Source: a virus | Taxonomy: Duplodnaviria; Caudoviricetes | DNA: 55,910 bases | Strand: one strand, 5' to 3' | IMG/VR virus record: IMGVR_UViG_3300049489_000776 | Span: 1 to 55,910 of that record | In this document: in pieces, positions 1 to 8,534 of the stretch | Layout of the letters: each line of letters starts with the position of its first letter | Numbering within the stretch: the first letter of the stretch is position 1 | Made by a program: the position numbers and the translations under genes | Notes under the pieces: generated by a model | What the model saw: the letters and a program-made list of their open reading frames with translations, nothing else | The model's database searches: none | Told to the model about the DNA's origin: nothing

Positions 1-675
1 GGTGGCGGTAGCGCCTTGGGCGGCGGTGGCGGCGGCGGCGGGGCTGGTCAAATTATTCAAGCCTCTTTTCCTATCGTTCCTGGCGAAACTTTAACAGCGG
101 TTATCGGCGCGGCGGGCGCAGCAGGGGCAGATGCCGTTTCCGCAGTTGCAGGCGGTGATGGTGGGAATGGTGGATTTAGTTCTTTAACATCCACTGCAGG
201 TTTTGTATTGACTGCTCTCGGAGGCCAAGGCGGTTTTCATGGAAACCATTCTTCAGGTTCGGGGGGAGCTGGAGGAAACGGCGGAGGGTACGCATTAAAG
301 GGTACTGGAGGCCCTGCCGGAGCTCCTGGAGTGTCTGGTACATATAGTGGCAACTCAGGTGCTGGAGGTGGCGGCGGTAATGGCGGAGCTAGTAATGCCT
401 CTGGTTCAGGTTCAAATAGTTTGGTGTACCCGGCTGGGGGTTTAAATAATACTGGTACTAATAATAATGGTGCTGGAGGTGGCGGAGGGGCAGGTCTCGG
501 AAGTGGCGGTAATGGCGGCGGCACAAGTACGCCGGGGTTAGTTGCGCAATCTGGAACATCCCCGGCTGCCAATACTGGTTCTGGAGGCGGTGGGGGTGCT
601 GGACACTCTACCGGTCCAGGTAATTCAGGCGCTGGCGGCATGGGCAGCTCTGGTTACATTTTGGTTGAGTTTTAA
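1..675 (+). CDS. C-terminal part of glycine-rich tail fibre/virion protein (5' part probably at 55373-55910)
   Basis: Frame open from base 1; Gly-rich with ending GSSGYILVEF, similar to the end of 54693-55352 (GAAGLIIITEY). Confidence 0.75.
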   Translation, partial: GGGSALGGGGGGGGAGQIIQASFPIVPGETLTAVIGAAGAAGADAVSAVAGGDGGNGGFSSLTSTAGFVLTALGGQGGFHGNHSSGSGGAGGNGGGYALKGTGGPAGAPGVSGTYSGNSGAGGGGGNGGASNASGSGSNSLVYPAGGLNNTGTNNNGAGGGGGAGLGSGGNGGGTSTPGLVAQSGTSPAANTGSGGGGGAGHSTGPGNSGAGGMGSSGYILVEF

Positions 676-1077
676 ATGCCAAAATTTGGAAAAAAATCCC
701 TAGAACGTCTCGAAGAGCTGCACCCTGATTTGCAGCTTTTAATGAACGAGTTAATTAAAGAAATGGATGTTACTATTTTGTGCGGTTATAGAGGTAAGGA
801 TGAACAAAACTCTGCTTTTATAAATGGAAAGTCTAGGTTGCAGTTTCCACGAAGTAAACACAATACCACACCTAGTCAGGCCGTGGATATAGCTCCAATT
901 AGTCCTAAGACGAAAGGAATTGATTGGAATGATATTGCACTATTCTTAGAGATGTGTTCTAAGGTTGAAAAATTAGCGGATACTTTAAATATTAAAATTA
1001 GATTGGGCAGAGACTTTAGTTTTAAGGATTATGTTCATTTTGAACTGTCTGATAAGCATAAAAAGGGTAAATTTTGA
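676..1077 (+). CDS. Endolysin, peptidase M15 family (L-Ala-D-Glu type)
   Basis: Motifs LHPDL, CGYR..EQ, SKH...AVD, DYVHFEL. Confidence 0.9.
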   Translation: MPKFGKKSLERLEELHPDLQLLMNELIKEMDVTILCGYRGKDEQNSAFINGKSRLQFPRSKHNTTPSQAVDIAPISPKTKGIDWNDIALFLEMCSKVEKLADTLNIKIRLGRDFSFKDYVHFELSDKHKKGKF

Positions 1078-1715
1078 GACATTATGTATATAGACACATA
1101 AGATTAGATAAAAACACTCCTTTTTATGTTGGAAAAGGCGGTTATAAAGCTCGTGCAAATGAATGTTCTCAACGAAATTATTATTGGACTAATATTTATA
1201 AGAAGTATGGTCGAAGGGTTGAGATTCTAAAATATTTTAACACAAACGAAGAGGCTTATGCTTTTGAGCAAAAGTTAATCACGTTATATAAAAAATTAGG
1301 ATACTGCGAAGCCAATTTCTCTGATGGTGGGGCTGGTAGGACTGGATTTAAACAGCCCGACTATATTAAAAAAATTATAAGCGAAAAAAACTCAGGAAGT
1401 AATAATGGAATGTGGCGGAAATGCGGTAATTTAAATCCTAGCTATGGAAGTGGGTTCAAAGTACGGTGTCTTAATAATCAGAAAGAATATATTAGTGCTG
1501 AAGCTGCTCAAAACGATTTAAAAATTACAAATGTTATAAAGGTCGCTACGGGATTTAGAGAACACAGCTATGGATATTATTTTGAGTTGGTGGATGATAG
1601 GTTGAGATTAGAGGCTAGAGAGCGTAGAAAGCAGAGATATTTGGCTAATAAAAGAAAAAAGAAAACGGTCTTAATAGAGTTACTAGAAATTTATAAGATA
1701 GAGGAACTTAAATAA
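1074..1715 (+). CDS. GIY-YIG-like homing endonuclease with NUMOD-type C-terminus
   Basis: YVYRH...FYVGKG, E..LI, N...GG.G, basic tail. Confidence 0.8.
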   Translation: MRHYVYRHIRLDKNTPFYVGKGGYKARANECSQRNYYWTNIYKKYGRRVEILKYFNTNEEAYAFEQKLITLYKKLGYCEANFSDGGAGRTGFKQPDYIKKIISEKNSGSNNGMWRKCGNLNPSYGSGFKVRCLNNQKEYISAEAAQNDLKITNVIKVATGFREHSYGYYFELVDDRLRLEARERRKQRYLANKRKKKTVLIELLEIYKIEELK

Positions 1716-1855
1716 TGGATAAGTCAAAAGTGGCTAAAGTCATGCGCGAGTTTAAGAAGAAAAAGCTTAAATCTAGCAGCGGGTCTAAGGTTAAGAGCAG
1801 GGCTCAAGCCGTTGCGATTGGGTTGTCAGAAGCTAAAAAAGGTAACAAGGAGTAA
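1715..1855 (+). CDS. Small basic protein, DUF6496-like (46 aa; absent from ORF track)
   Basis: Hand translation MDKSKVAKVMREFKKKKLKSSSGSKVKSRAQAVAIGLSEAKKGNKE; ATG overlaps upstream TAA. Confidence 0.8.
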   Translation: MDKSKVAKVMREFKKKKLKSSSGSKVKSRAQAVAIGLSEAKKGNKE

Positions 1856-1861
1856 CGGGAC

Positions 1862-2212
1862 GTGAGCGTTGCAAATGATAATATAATACCAGGCGACCCG
1901 GTTAGTCTGTCTTCCGACTGGACTAGCGAGCCCGTATATATTTATCAAATTGTAGCGCTTGCTATTCAATTGGTTTTTACTGGGAGCCCTGTCGGTAACT
2001 TTACCTTGCAGTGTTCGAACGATGAATACTCTTCAAATTTAGCCCCACAAAACTGGACCACACTAGACGGCAGTGCTCAATCAATTACAGAGGCAGGCAA
2101 TCATACTTGGAATATTCAAGATGCAGGTTATAGGTGGATTAGAGTAGTTTATACAAGAACTTCTGGAAGCGGGAATTTAACTGTAGCTCGTTATAACGGA
2201 AAAGGGGTCTAA
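1862..2212 (+). CDS. Virion structural protein, paralogue of 54343-54690
   Basis: Shared SPVG..NW.TLD..IRV.YT.TSG.G pattern; SD AAGGAG. Confidence 0.7.
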   Translation: MSVANDNIIPGDPVSLSSDWTSEPVYIYQIVALAIQLVFTGSPVGNFTLQCSNDEYSSNLAPQNWTTLDGSAQSITEAGNHTWNIQDAGYRWIRVVYTRTSGSGNLTVARYNGKGV

Positions 2213-2213
2213 T

Positions 2214-2435
2214 ATGGCTTCAACTTTTATTAATTTGCCTGCAGCGTCTACTTCAGCAGGAACTGTACAACTCTTTGATATACCTTTTGATACGATTACG
2301 GCTACTTATCCTTCTGCTACCGAAGAAGTTTACGCTTCAAGAGTTGGTGGAATTTCTGGAGCAGTGCAGCAAACGGTTACTGTAACTTATACTGATGCAA
2401 CGAAAGCTCTAATTCTTAACGTAGTGAGGACTTAG
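2214..2435 (+). CDS. Small virion/tail fibre-associated protein
   Basis: Translationally coupled between structural genes; Thr/Val rich. Confidence 0.6.
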   Translation: MASTFINLPAASTSAGTVQLFDIPFDTITATYPSATEEVYASRVGGISGAVQQTVTVTYTDATKALILNVVRT

Positions 2436-5287
2436 TGCCTTTTAAGTTTAACCCGATTCAGGGCTCTTTAGACTTAGTTAACGCCGCAAGTTTAGGTGAT
2501 GTTGTAGGGCCTGCAAGCGCAACCGACAATGCTATTGCACGTTTTGATACCACTACTGGAAAATTAATTCAAAATTCTGGAATTTTAATAGATGATTTAA
2601 ATAATGTTACCGGAATAAATGAGCTAAATACTGCAGCTAAGGTTGAAGTAGGAGACCCTGGACTGGAAACCGCCGGAATAGATATTGCCGGTACGGTGTA
2701 TGCAACTAAACTAAGAGTGAATGACATTGGAGGGACTCAGCCAGCTCAGCAAGTTATTCATAGACACTCTACAACACTTCCAGCAGCTTTAATTGGGGCG
2801 CGGGCCAATTCAGATACAAGTGCTCATGCTAATGTGGCAAATAATCAAGTACTTTTTAGAATAGTGCCTGCCGGGTATGCTGGTACAAATTATAAAGCCT
2901 TTGGCTATATAGACTTTTTGGCCTCGACTGGCACAATTAGTGACACGTCCGCACCAAGTCGTATGGAGTTTTACACAGTGCCTAATGGCTCTTTGGCTCC
3001 AACTCTTGCAATGACTATAGGCTCTAATCAGGTTGTGGCTTTTGCAAATTCTCCTACCGGAGTAAATCATTTAAGTTTAAGTAATATTGGCACAAACACG
3101 CACGCCCAAATAGACACTCACATTGCTGATACCTCTATTCATACTCCTTTTTCTATTACTTCTGCGATAAACGGGCAGACTTTAAGATATGATTCGGGAA
3201 TTTCAAAATGGATTAACAATTCTACAATTAAAAACACGGGAACAGTCGCTATAGACTCTACTGCGGCCATAACTAATCAACCATATTCATTTTTAATTGA
3301 CCATGCTGCGACTAACTTGGTAGTTAATCCTAGTTGGGAAGTTAACATTACGGACGGCTGGTCAGCCACCGGAACCAGTACAAACACTAGAGACACTACA
3401 GAAAAGTGGATTGGTACCGCCTCCCTTAAAATTGTATCCTCTGTTATAGATTCTGGAGTTGTTAGCAGTGCTATTTCAGTAACTCCGAACACTCAATATG
3501 TTTATTCATGTTACGTTAAAGGTGCAGTTGGCGGGGAGCGTTTTTACATTTCTATAGACCCCAACGTAAGTGCAACTGTGGACAGTAATAATCAGGGAGT
3601 TTTAGCTGCGCTTACTATTTTAGACTCAGTTAACACTGACTGGTCAAGGCTAACTTTAGCATGGACTTCTGGAGCTAGTGATACTAGTGTTCAGTTGTAT
3701 TTACGGTCTGACACTGCAACGGCTCAAACTGTCTATGTAGACGCTGTTCAATTTGAGGCGAAGATATTACCTACAGATGCAAATGAAGTTGTTATTGCGT
3801 CTTCTTATTTAGATGGCAGCATGGGCGTTGGTTACACGTGGAACGGGGTTGCCCACAACTCGACTAGCACTCGAACGGCGGGTGCTAAATTTTTGGCTCC
3901 ACTTTCTTCTACAGCTAATAGGGGAAATCTTGTAGTAAGAACTGATGGTACCATTGCTAGATTTTTGGCTGATGCAAAGGAAATCCAATCTGCCGACATT
4001 GGTATAGCTCGCGTAGAGCCCAATTTCCCTTTTACGTTTACTGGAAACATGAAGACTAATGTAAATTCGAGTGGTATCTTAGCAGGTATTATGAATATTC
4101 GTAATACGGCAAATGGTACAGCACTTCACGTTGACTCTGCTGCAACGACTGCAGAAGGGTTTATCATAAGTGCTGCAAGTATTACTTCAGGCAGTTGTAT
4201 GTCGGTTTTTGCACCGAGCGATTTGACGGCGATGGCCGCTGCGAATGGCCGTTTTTTTACATTTAGCGGGAAAGCACAGAACGCTGACATGTACTCTTGG
4301 TATGTGGATAGAATGACAATTGGCCAACTTGGTTTCGCCTATGATAAGAATATAAACGTCTTTGGTGGCGGCTCTATGACTACTACGGCTCGCGCTTTAG
4401 CTGGTACAGTCTCTGTTACGGCTGCAAACGTTACGGTTACTGGCACGGGCACTGCTTTTTTAACAGATTTTAAGCGTGGACAGGCTATTAGAATAAACAA
4501 TGGCGGAGCGACAACAATAATTCATACCATAGCCTCAATAGCAAGTAACACTTCTTTAACATTAACTGCAGCGTGGAGTGGGGTTACAAATGCAGCCAGA
4601 ACTTATGACAGTTTCACTGCTCAATACCGTCCACCAACTATTCATCTTGAGGGCAGTTATGCAAATCACGGAGCTTCTGGTTCAACTTCTGGCGATTTTA
4701 TGTATGGAATATATGCTTCTGGTGGAAACGGCCAGCTTCATGTGTTTAAATCTGCTGCTCGCGGAGTTGCGGTTACACCTACGGCAGACCATGTAGGGAA
4801 TGGTTTAGTTACAGCAAGACAAGTATCTACAACTGACGGTTTAATTTTTGGCACAACTACTGAAACGACAATGATTTCAGGATACACAGTTCCTGCTTAT
4901 GAATTAACTCCTGGCGGCTCATTTAGAATTTCTTTTATAGGCACGATGGTTATAGACAATTCGGTAAGAACTTTAACTTGGAGAGTTAAACTTGGTGGGA
5001 CTACAATATTAACAAGCACTGCGGTTCAGGCCGGAGCTGCTGGAACTATAATCTTCAGAGGAGTTATTGATATTTATGCTCTAACAAATACGACTCAAAG
5101 ATGTAGTCTAAGTATTGTTGGAAAGGACCAAGCGGCGGTTACACCTGGACTTACATATTCTGTAAATAATTATTCTGGAGTCGGTGCCGTAGATATGAGA
5201 CTAGACCAAGCGCTCACTGTTACCGCACAAGTAGATGCAATAGGGCAAGTTATAAATGTGACTGGCTACACAACTGAAATATTATAG
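2435..5287 (+). CDS. Large tail fibre / receptor-binding protein with carbohydrate-binding-like domain
   Basis: 950 aa Thr/Ala/Gly rich; GDVVGPASATDNAIARFD fibre motif; TNLVVNPSWE...YVDAVQFE CBM-like domain; VTGTGTAF spike motif. Confidence 0.85.
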   Translation: MPFKFNPIQGSLDLVNAASLGDVVGPASATDNAIARFDTTTGKLIQNSGILIDDLNNVTGINELNTAAKVEVGDPGLETAGIDIAGTVYATKLRVNDIGGTQPAQQVIHRHSTTLPAALIGARANSDTSAHANVANNQVLFRIVPAGYAGTNYKAFGYIDFLASTGTISDTSAPSRMEFYTVPNGSLAPTLAMTIGSNQVVAFANSPTGVNHLSLSNIGTNTHAQIDTHIADTSIHTPFSITSAINGQTLRYDSGISKWINNSTIKNTGTVAIDSTAAITNQPYSFLIDHAATNLVVNPSWEVNITDGWSATGTSTNTRDTTEKWIGTASLKIVSSVIDSGVVSSAISVTPNTQYVYSCYVKGAVGGERFYISIDPNVSATVDSNNQGVLAALTILDSVNTDWSRLTLAWTSGASDTSVQLYLRSDTATAQTVYVDAVQFEAKILPTDANEVVIASSYLDGSMGVGYTWNGVAHNSTSTRTAGAKFLAPLSSTANRGNLVVRTDGTIARFLADAKEIQSADIGIARVEPNFPFTFTGNMKTNVNSSGILAGIMNIRNTANGTALHVDSAATTAEGFIISAASITSGSCMSVFAPSDLTAMAAANGRFFTFSGKAQNADMYSWYVDRMTIGQLGFAYDKNINVFGGGSMTTTARALAGTVSVTAANVTVTGTGTAFLTDFKRGQAIRINNGGATTIIHTIASIASNTSLTLTAAWSGVTNAARTYDSFTAQYRPPTIHLEGSYANHGASGSTSGDFMYGIYASGGNGQLHVFKSAARGVAVTPTADHVGNGLVTARQVSTTDGLIFGTTTETTMISGYTVPAYELTPGGSFRISFIGTMVIDNSVRTLTWRVKLGGTTILTSTAVQAGAAGTIIFRGVIDIYALTNTTQRCSLSIVGKDQAAVTPGLTYSVNNYSGVGAVDMRLDQALTVTAQVDAIGQVINVTGYTTEIL

Positions 5288-5296
5288 GGAGTATTT

Positions 5297-5662
5297 ATGA
5301 ATTTAGATGAATTACAGGAAAGATTAGAAGGTAAGATAAGTGAGGGTCGAACTAATCCAATAGGCTATGGCGGCGGCGACTTAACTGGCATACCCTTAAT
5401 TGAGGCCGATGTTATGCGCTCTCCTTGTAGGGCACTTAGATGGGCCGCAGATAATTCTAATTATAGTTTTCAAACGTTTGTCGATTTGTCAGATGTAGAA
5501 GGTTGGCAGGGTATTCGGGTTTTCAATAAGGACGGCACGTTGCATCGAGAACTTAAAGTAAAAATGGGAGGCGGGGCTGATTCAGACCCCATGCGTACCA
5601 TCTATTTGAACAATAAGACTATTATCATGGAATTAGTAACAATGGTAGCGGAGGAATTATGA
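5297..5662 (+). CDS. Hypothetical protein (possible fibre chaperone)
   Basis: SD GGGAG; directly follows fibre gene. Confidence 0.55.
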   Translation: MNLDELQERLEGKISEGRTNPIGYGGGDLTGIPLIEADVMRSPCRALRWAADNSNYSFQTFVDLSDVEGWQGIRVFNKDGTLHRELKVKMGGGADSDPMRTIYLNNKTIIMELVTMVAEEL

Positions 5663-5943
5663 GTAAGTGCCCTTTGTGTTATAGCGAGCTTAAAGTTTTT
5701 GTATTATCTTTTGGTTCAATAATGAATTTATGCGAAACTTGTGATTTGGAGTTAACGTCTTCTGAGTTATTAGAATTAAAGGCAGCTACCTATGATTCTA
5801 TAATTAAGCACTTGCTGGATAGCTCTGATGAACGTAGAAGAGAGCAGATACGAACTAAAATAGCACTTAAAAATATTAAAAAATGGGCTAAAGAGAATTT
5901 AAGCGCGGCTCATGTTGCGGAGTTAGAAGAGTTTTATGGCTGA
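5659..5943 (+). CDS. Hypothetical Zn-ribbon protein
   Basis: CPLC...CETC; ATGA overlap, SD GGAGG. Confidence 0.6.
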   Translation: MSKCPLCYSELKVFVLSFGSIMNLCETCDLELTSSELLELKAATYDSIIKHLLDSSDERRREQIRTKIALKNIKKWAKENLSAAHVAELEEFYG

Positions 5944-6196
5944 TGATAAAAAAAGTACAACTTATAGAATTTTTGAAAAATTAGAGCAGACTGAATCTCA
6001 TTTAGCTGACATTAAAGTGACACTTGCAAAGCAGCACATGTCTCTAGCAGACCATATCCGTAGAACGGCGCTGCTAGAAGAAGAAATGAAACCCGTAGTT
6101 AAACACGTGGAGCAAGTAAGGGGAGCAGGTATGCTTCTTGGATTACTGGCACTGCTAGCTACTATTGCCTCAGTTTATTTAGTCTTTAAACCCTAA
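5936..6196 (+). CDS. Coiled-coil protein with C-terminal TM helix (holin/XhlA-like)
   Basis: Amphipathic N-part plus hydrophobic GMLLGLLALLATIASVYLV. Confidence 0.55.
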   Translation: MADDKKSTTYRIFEKLEQTESHLADIKVTLAKQHMSLADHIRRTALLEEEMKPVVKHVEQVRGAGMLLGLLALLATIASVYLVFKP

Positions 6197-6225
6197 CAAA
6201 CGAACTTATATATAGGAGTGCGTTT

Positions 6226-6423
6226 ATGAGCATATTAATTGAAGTTTTGAAGCAGATTTTGAAGGCCGTTTTGGTCTCTTTGGTAACTGAGAAGTTTATC
6301 AAGGAAGTTATCGTTTACGCACTTGAGAAGTTAGTAGCTAAAACTGACAATGAAGTTGATGATGAGCTTGTCTCTATGGTTAAGAAGGCGTTACAGCCCG
6401 CACAACCGGAGCAGCCTAAGTAG
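6226..6423 (+). CDS. Small amphipathic protein (holin-like)
   Basis: SD AGGAG; KTDNEVDD motif common in small phage membrane proteins. Confidence 0.55.
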   Translation: MSILIEVLKQILKAVLVSLVTEKFIKEVIVYALEKLVAKTDNEVDDELVSMVKKALQPAQPEQPK

Positions 6424-6448
6424 TTAGGTAATTTTAGGAAGGCCAAAA

Positions 6449-6916
6449 GTGAAACGGTCGTTTATTCTCCACGATTTAAAGCCATTTTCTATTAATGCCA
6501 CTTATTATGGTCAAGGGTTCGTAAAAACTGCTAAGGCTCGTGAGTGGGCTATGGAAGTTTTCCACAGATTAAGTACAGAAGAAAACGAACTAAAATTTAA
6601 AGAGTTAAGGGAAGCGTTTGACCCTAAATTGCACGGGTTTGCGGTGACTATGACTGCTTATTACCCAACTGCTCAATTTTATACTAAGCAGGGGATTATT
6701 TCTAATAAAGTTTTCGATTTGAGTAATACCGAAAAAGGTTTGCTGGATTTACTCTACTTACCTAAACACGCTCTTAGTCCTGCTCCCCTCGGTTGTCAGA
6801 ATCTTCAGCTTGATGATAAATTTGTAATAGACTTAATTTCACGAAAAAGACCAACAAAAGACGCATGCCCAAGAATAGAAGTAATACTGGAAGTAATACC
6901 GTTACATTTAGAGTAA
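6449..6916 (+). CDS. rusA: RusA-like Holliday junction resolvase
   Basis: PFSIN, DLSNTEKGLLD, DDKFV motifs. Confidence 0.7.
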   Translation: MKRSFILHDLKPFSINATYYGQGFVKTAKAREWAMEVFHRLSTEENELKFKELREAFDPKLHGFAVTMTAYYPTAQFYTKQGIISNKVFDLSNTEKGLLDLLYLPKHALSPAPLGCQNLQLDDKFVIDLISRKRPTKDACPRIEVILEVIPLHLE

Positions 6917-6930
6917 ATCTTAGAATTGCT

Positions 6931-7182
6931 TTACCCATGCTTTAGCCGCTTCTTAAACATTGCTTCGACTCCACCAAACGTGCCACTACAATCTGGACAC
7001 ATAAAGTGCCAAACACCGTCGTAGCGCTCAGGTATTTCAATGCCTATTTCTCGCTTATAATAATTTCCATAACTGTGCTCTCTATGCTCTTCAGGCACAA
7101 CTTTGTCTAGCAGGCAAGAAGAGCAGTGGGGACAATATATAGGGGCGTCTGCCTCTGTGGGCATTGGGTCTAGTTTTCCCAT
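6931..7182 (-). CDS. Zn-ribbon hypothetical protein
   Basis: CPHC...YDGV...CPDC. Confidence 0.65.
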   Translation of the reverse strand: MGKLDPMPTEADAPIYCPHCSSCLLDKVVPEEHREHSYGNYYKREIGIEIPERYDGVWHFMCPDCSGTFGGVEAMFKKRLKHG

Positions 7183-7511
7183 GGCGCGTCCATTAAAATT
7201 GCAACTAAACTTCCAGTTTCAGCGTTTTTAGCTAGTGCTATAGGCCCGTGCTTTTCTATAAGCTCAAGCCAAGATTTAACCGTGCCCTTAGTCTCAAGTG
7301 TGTCTATGACCTTAAAACGGGCTAAAGCTTTCTTAGTAAGTCTGTCAAGTAGGCGATTCATTCGGTTTGCTTCTTCTTGAGTCATTAACTCGCCGTCTCC
7401 AAGCACATGCACTTTAATCTTGTCATATAGCAGGCGATGTGCTTCTTTATAAGCCTCAATGTCTTCGTACTTTACAGGTAAGCCTGAGGCTCTGCAGATT
7501 TGTAATTTCAT
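7170..7511 (-). CDS. Hypothetical protein
   Basis: Coupled ORF with SD GGAGG. Confidence 0.6.
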   Translation of the reverse strand: MKLQICRASGLPVKYEDIEAYKEAHRLLYDKIKVHVLGDGELMTQEEANRMNRLLDRLTKKALARFKVIDTLETKGTVKSWLELIEKHGPIALAKNAETGSLVAILMDAPWEN

Positions 7512-7963
7512 AAAATGTCCTCCAAGGGTATGCGTATTTTGTTAAGTAGCTCTCTTTTAACCAAGAAGCCTCTAGTAATATGCGCTTGATTTCTAATATT
7601 TATAAGCCACGGGTCTGGGTATAACTCGTTCAACTTATCCACTAAAGAAGAGGTTTTATATACAAAAAATTCCATAGTTATAGGAAACCAATATACATAG
7701 TAATCTGTGCCCTTTTTTAGCGCTTGAAAGGCCCCACCAGGTTCTTCATTATAGCTAAATTTTTCAGCAAACAGATTCGGAGTCTTGGTTGGGTCGTAGG
7801 AATCTGTTTTTAATTCAATAGTCTTTCCATTCTTAAGTATCTTAAAGTCTGCAACGTAACCATCTAACTGTTCTACTTTATCTTTAAATAGTTCAAAGAA
7901 CTCATTTTCGGCTTTTTTACCAATCTTTAGACTTTTTTGGAAGTTGTGTACTTTCGCTGACAT
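7508..7963 (-). CDS. PD-(D/E)xK nuclease-like protein
   Basis: GK.AE, ADF...IELKTD, N.FAE motifs; start moved to MSAKV after SD GGAG. Confidence 0.65.
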   Translation of the reverse strand: MSAKVHNFQKSLKIGKKAENEFFELFKDKVEQLDGYVADFKILKNGKTIELKTDSYDPTKTPNLFAEKFSYNEEPGGAFQALKKGTDYYVYWFPITMEFFVYKTSSLVDKLNELYPDPWLINIRNQAHITRGFLVKRELLNKIRIPLEDIL

Positions 7964-8114
7964 TTTCTGGCTCCTTTTCAAGGGTTATTACATTGTACAT
8001 TTTTAAAATTCCTAAAGCTTTCTTAGCTACCTTATGACACTTACTATTAGTCATGAGGGGCAGCTCTTCGCGCATTATTCTGAAGAGTATATCTAGTGCT
8101 TTACTCTCAGTCAT
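7917..8114 (-). CDS. Hypothetical protein
   Basis: ATGA overlap with upstream gene. Confidence 0.5.
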   Translation of the reverse strand: MTESKALDILFRIMREELPLMTNSKCHKVAKKALGILKMYNVITLEKEPENVSESTQLPKKSKDW

Positions 8115-8416
8115 AGGATAGCCAATATATAGAATAAAATTGCGGTAAGTGCTTTAAAATTAGCAGCTCGCTCCGCCCGTTCCGTTTTTAAAATTAAATC
8201 AGACTGAGCAGATATAACTTGCTCTCTACTCTCGGCGGCTTCCGCTAGACCCTGAATCGTCTTCTGCTGTTCCTCCAGGTTGTGGGCTGCTTTCACTAGC
8301 AGTACTTTGCACTGTGTTACCTGACTTTCGCAGTCTGCGCTCCTCGATGTCGAGCCAAGCATTATAATCGTGCTTAAAATCATTGTAAGTATTGTCACTC
8401 TTACTTTTAAGTTCAT
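8111..8416 (-). CDS. Exported/membrane coiled-coil protein (spanin-like partner)
   Basis: Signal-like N-terminus, coiled coil, C-terminal TM; SD AGGAG inside upstream gene. Confidence 0.55.
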   Translation of the reverse strand: MNLKVRVTILTMILSTIIMLGSTSRSADCESQVTQCKVLLVKAAHNLEEQQKTIQGLAEAAESREQVISAQSDLILKTERAERAANFKALTAILFYILAIL

Positions 8417-8534
8417 TTGCGGTCTCCTGTTTTTGTTTTAGGTCTTTGGTTAGTTTTTCTAACTTTTTACGGTCAAAAAAACGAGTTATAAAATCTATTA
8501 TCATTTTTACTATTTGGGCTATTGCTGTGTTCAC
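8226..8534 (-). CDS. Membrane-anchored coiled-coil protein (i-spanin-like)
   Basis: Hydrophobic N-terminus then charged coiled coil; overlaps next gene by 191 bp. Confidence 0.5.
   Translation of the reverse strand: MNTAIAQIVKMIIDFITRFFDRKKLEKLTKDLKQKQETANELKSKSDNTYNDFKHDYNAWLDIEERRLRKSGNTVQSTASESSPQPGGTAEDDSGSSGSRRE

Noticed and set aside
237-641. Pro-rich ORF on - strand
   Set aside because: Antisense shadow of GGN glycine codons
1842-1856. GTAACAAGGAGTAAC as another late-promoter copy
   Set aside because: Spacing off by one and explained by SD plus stop codon
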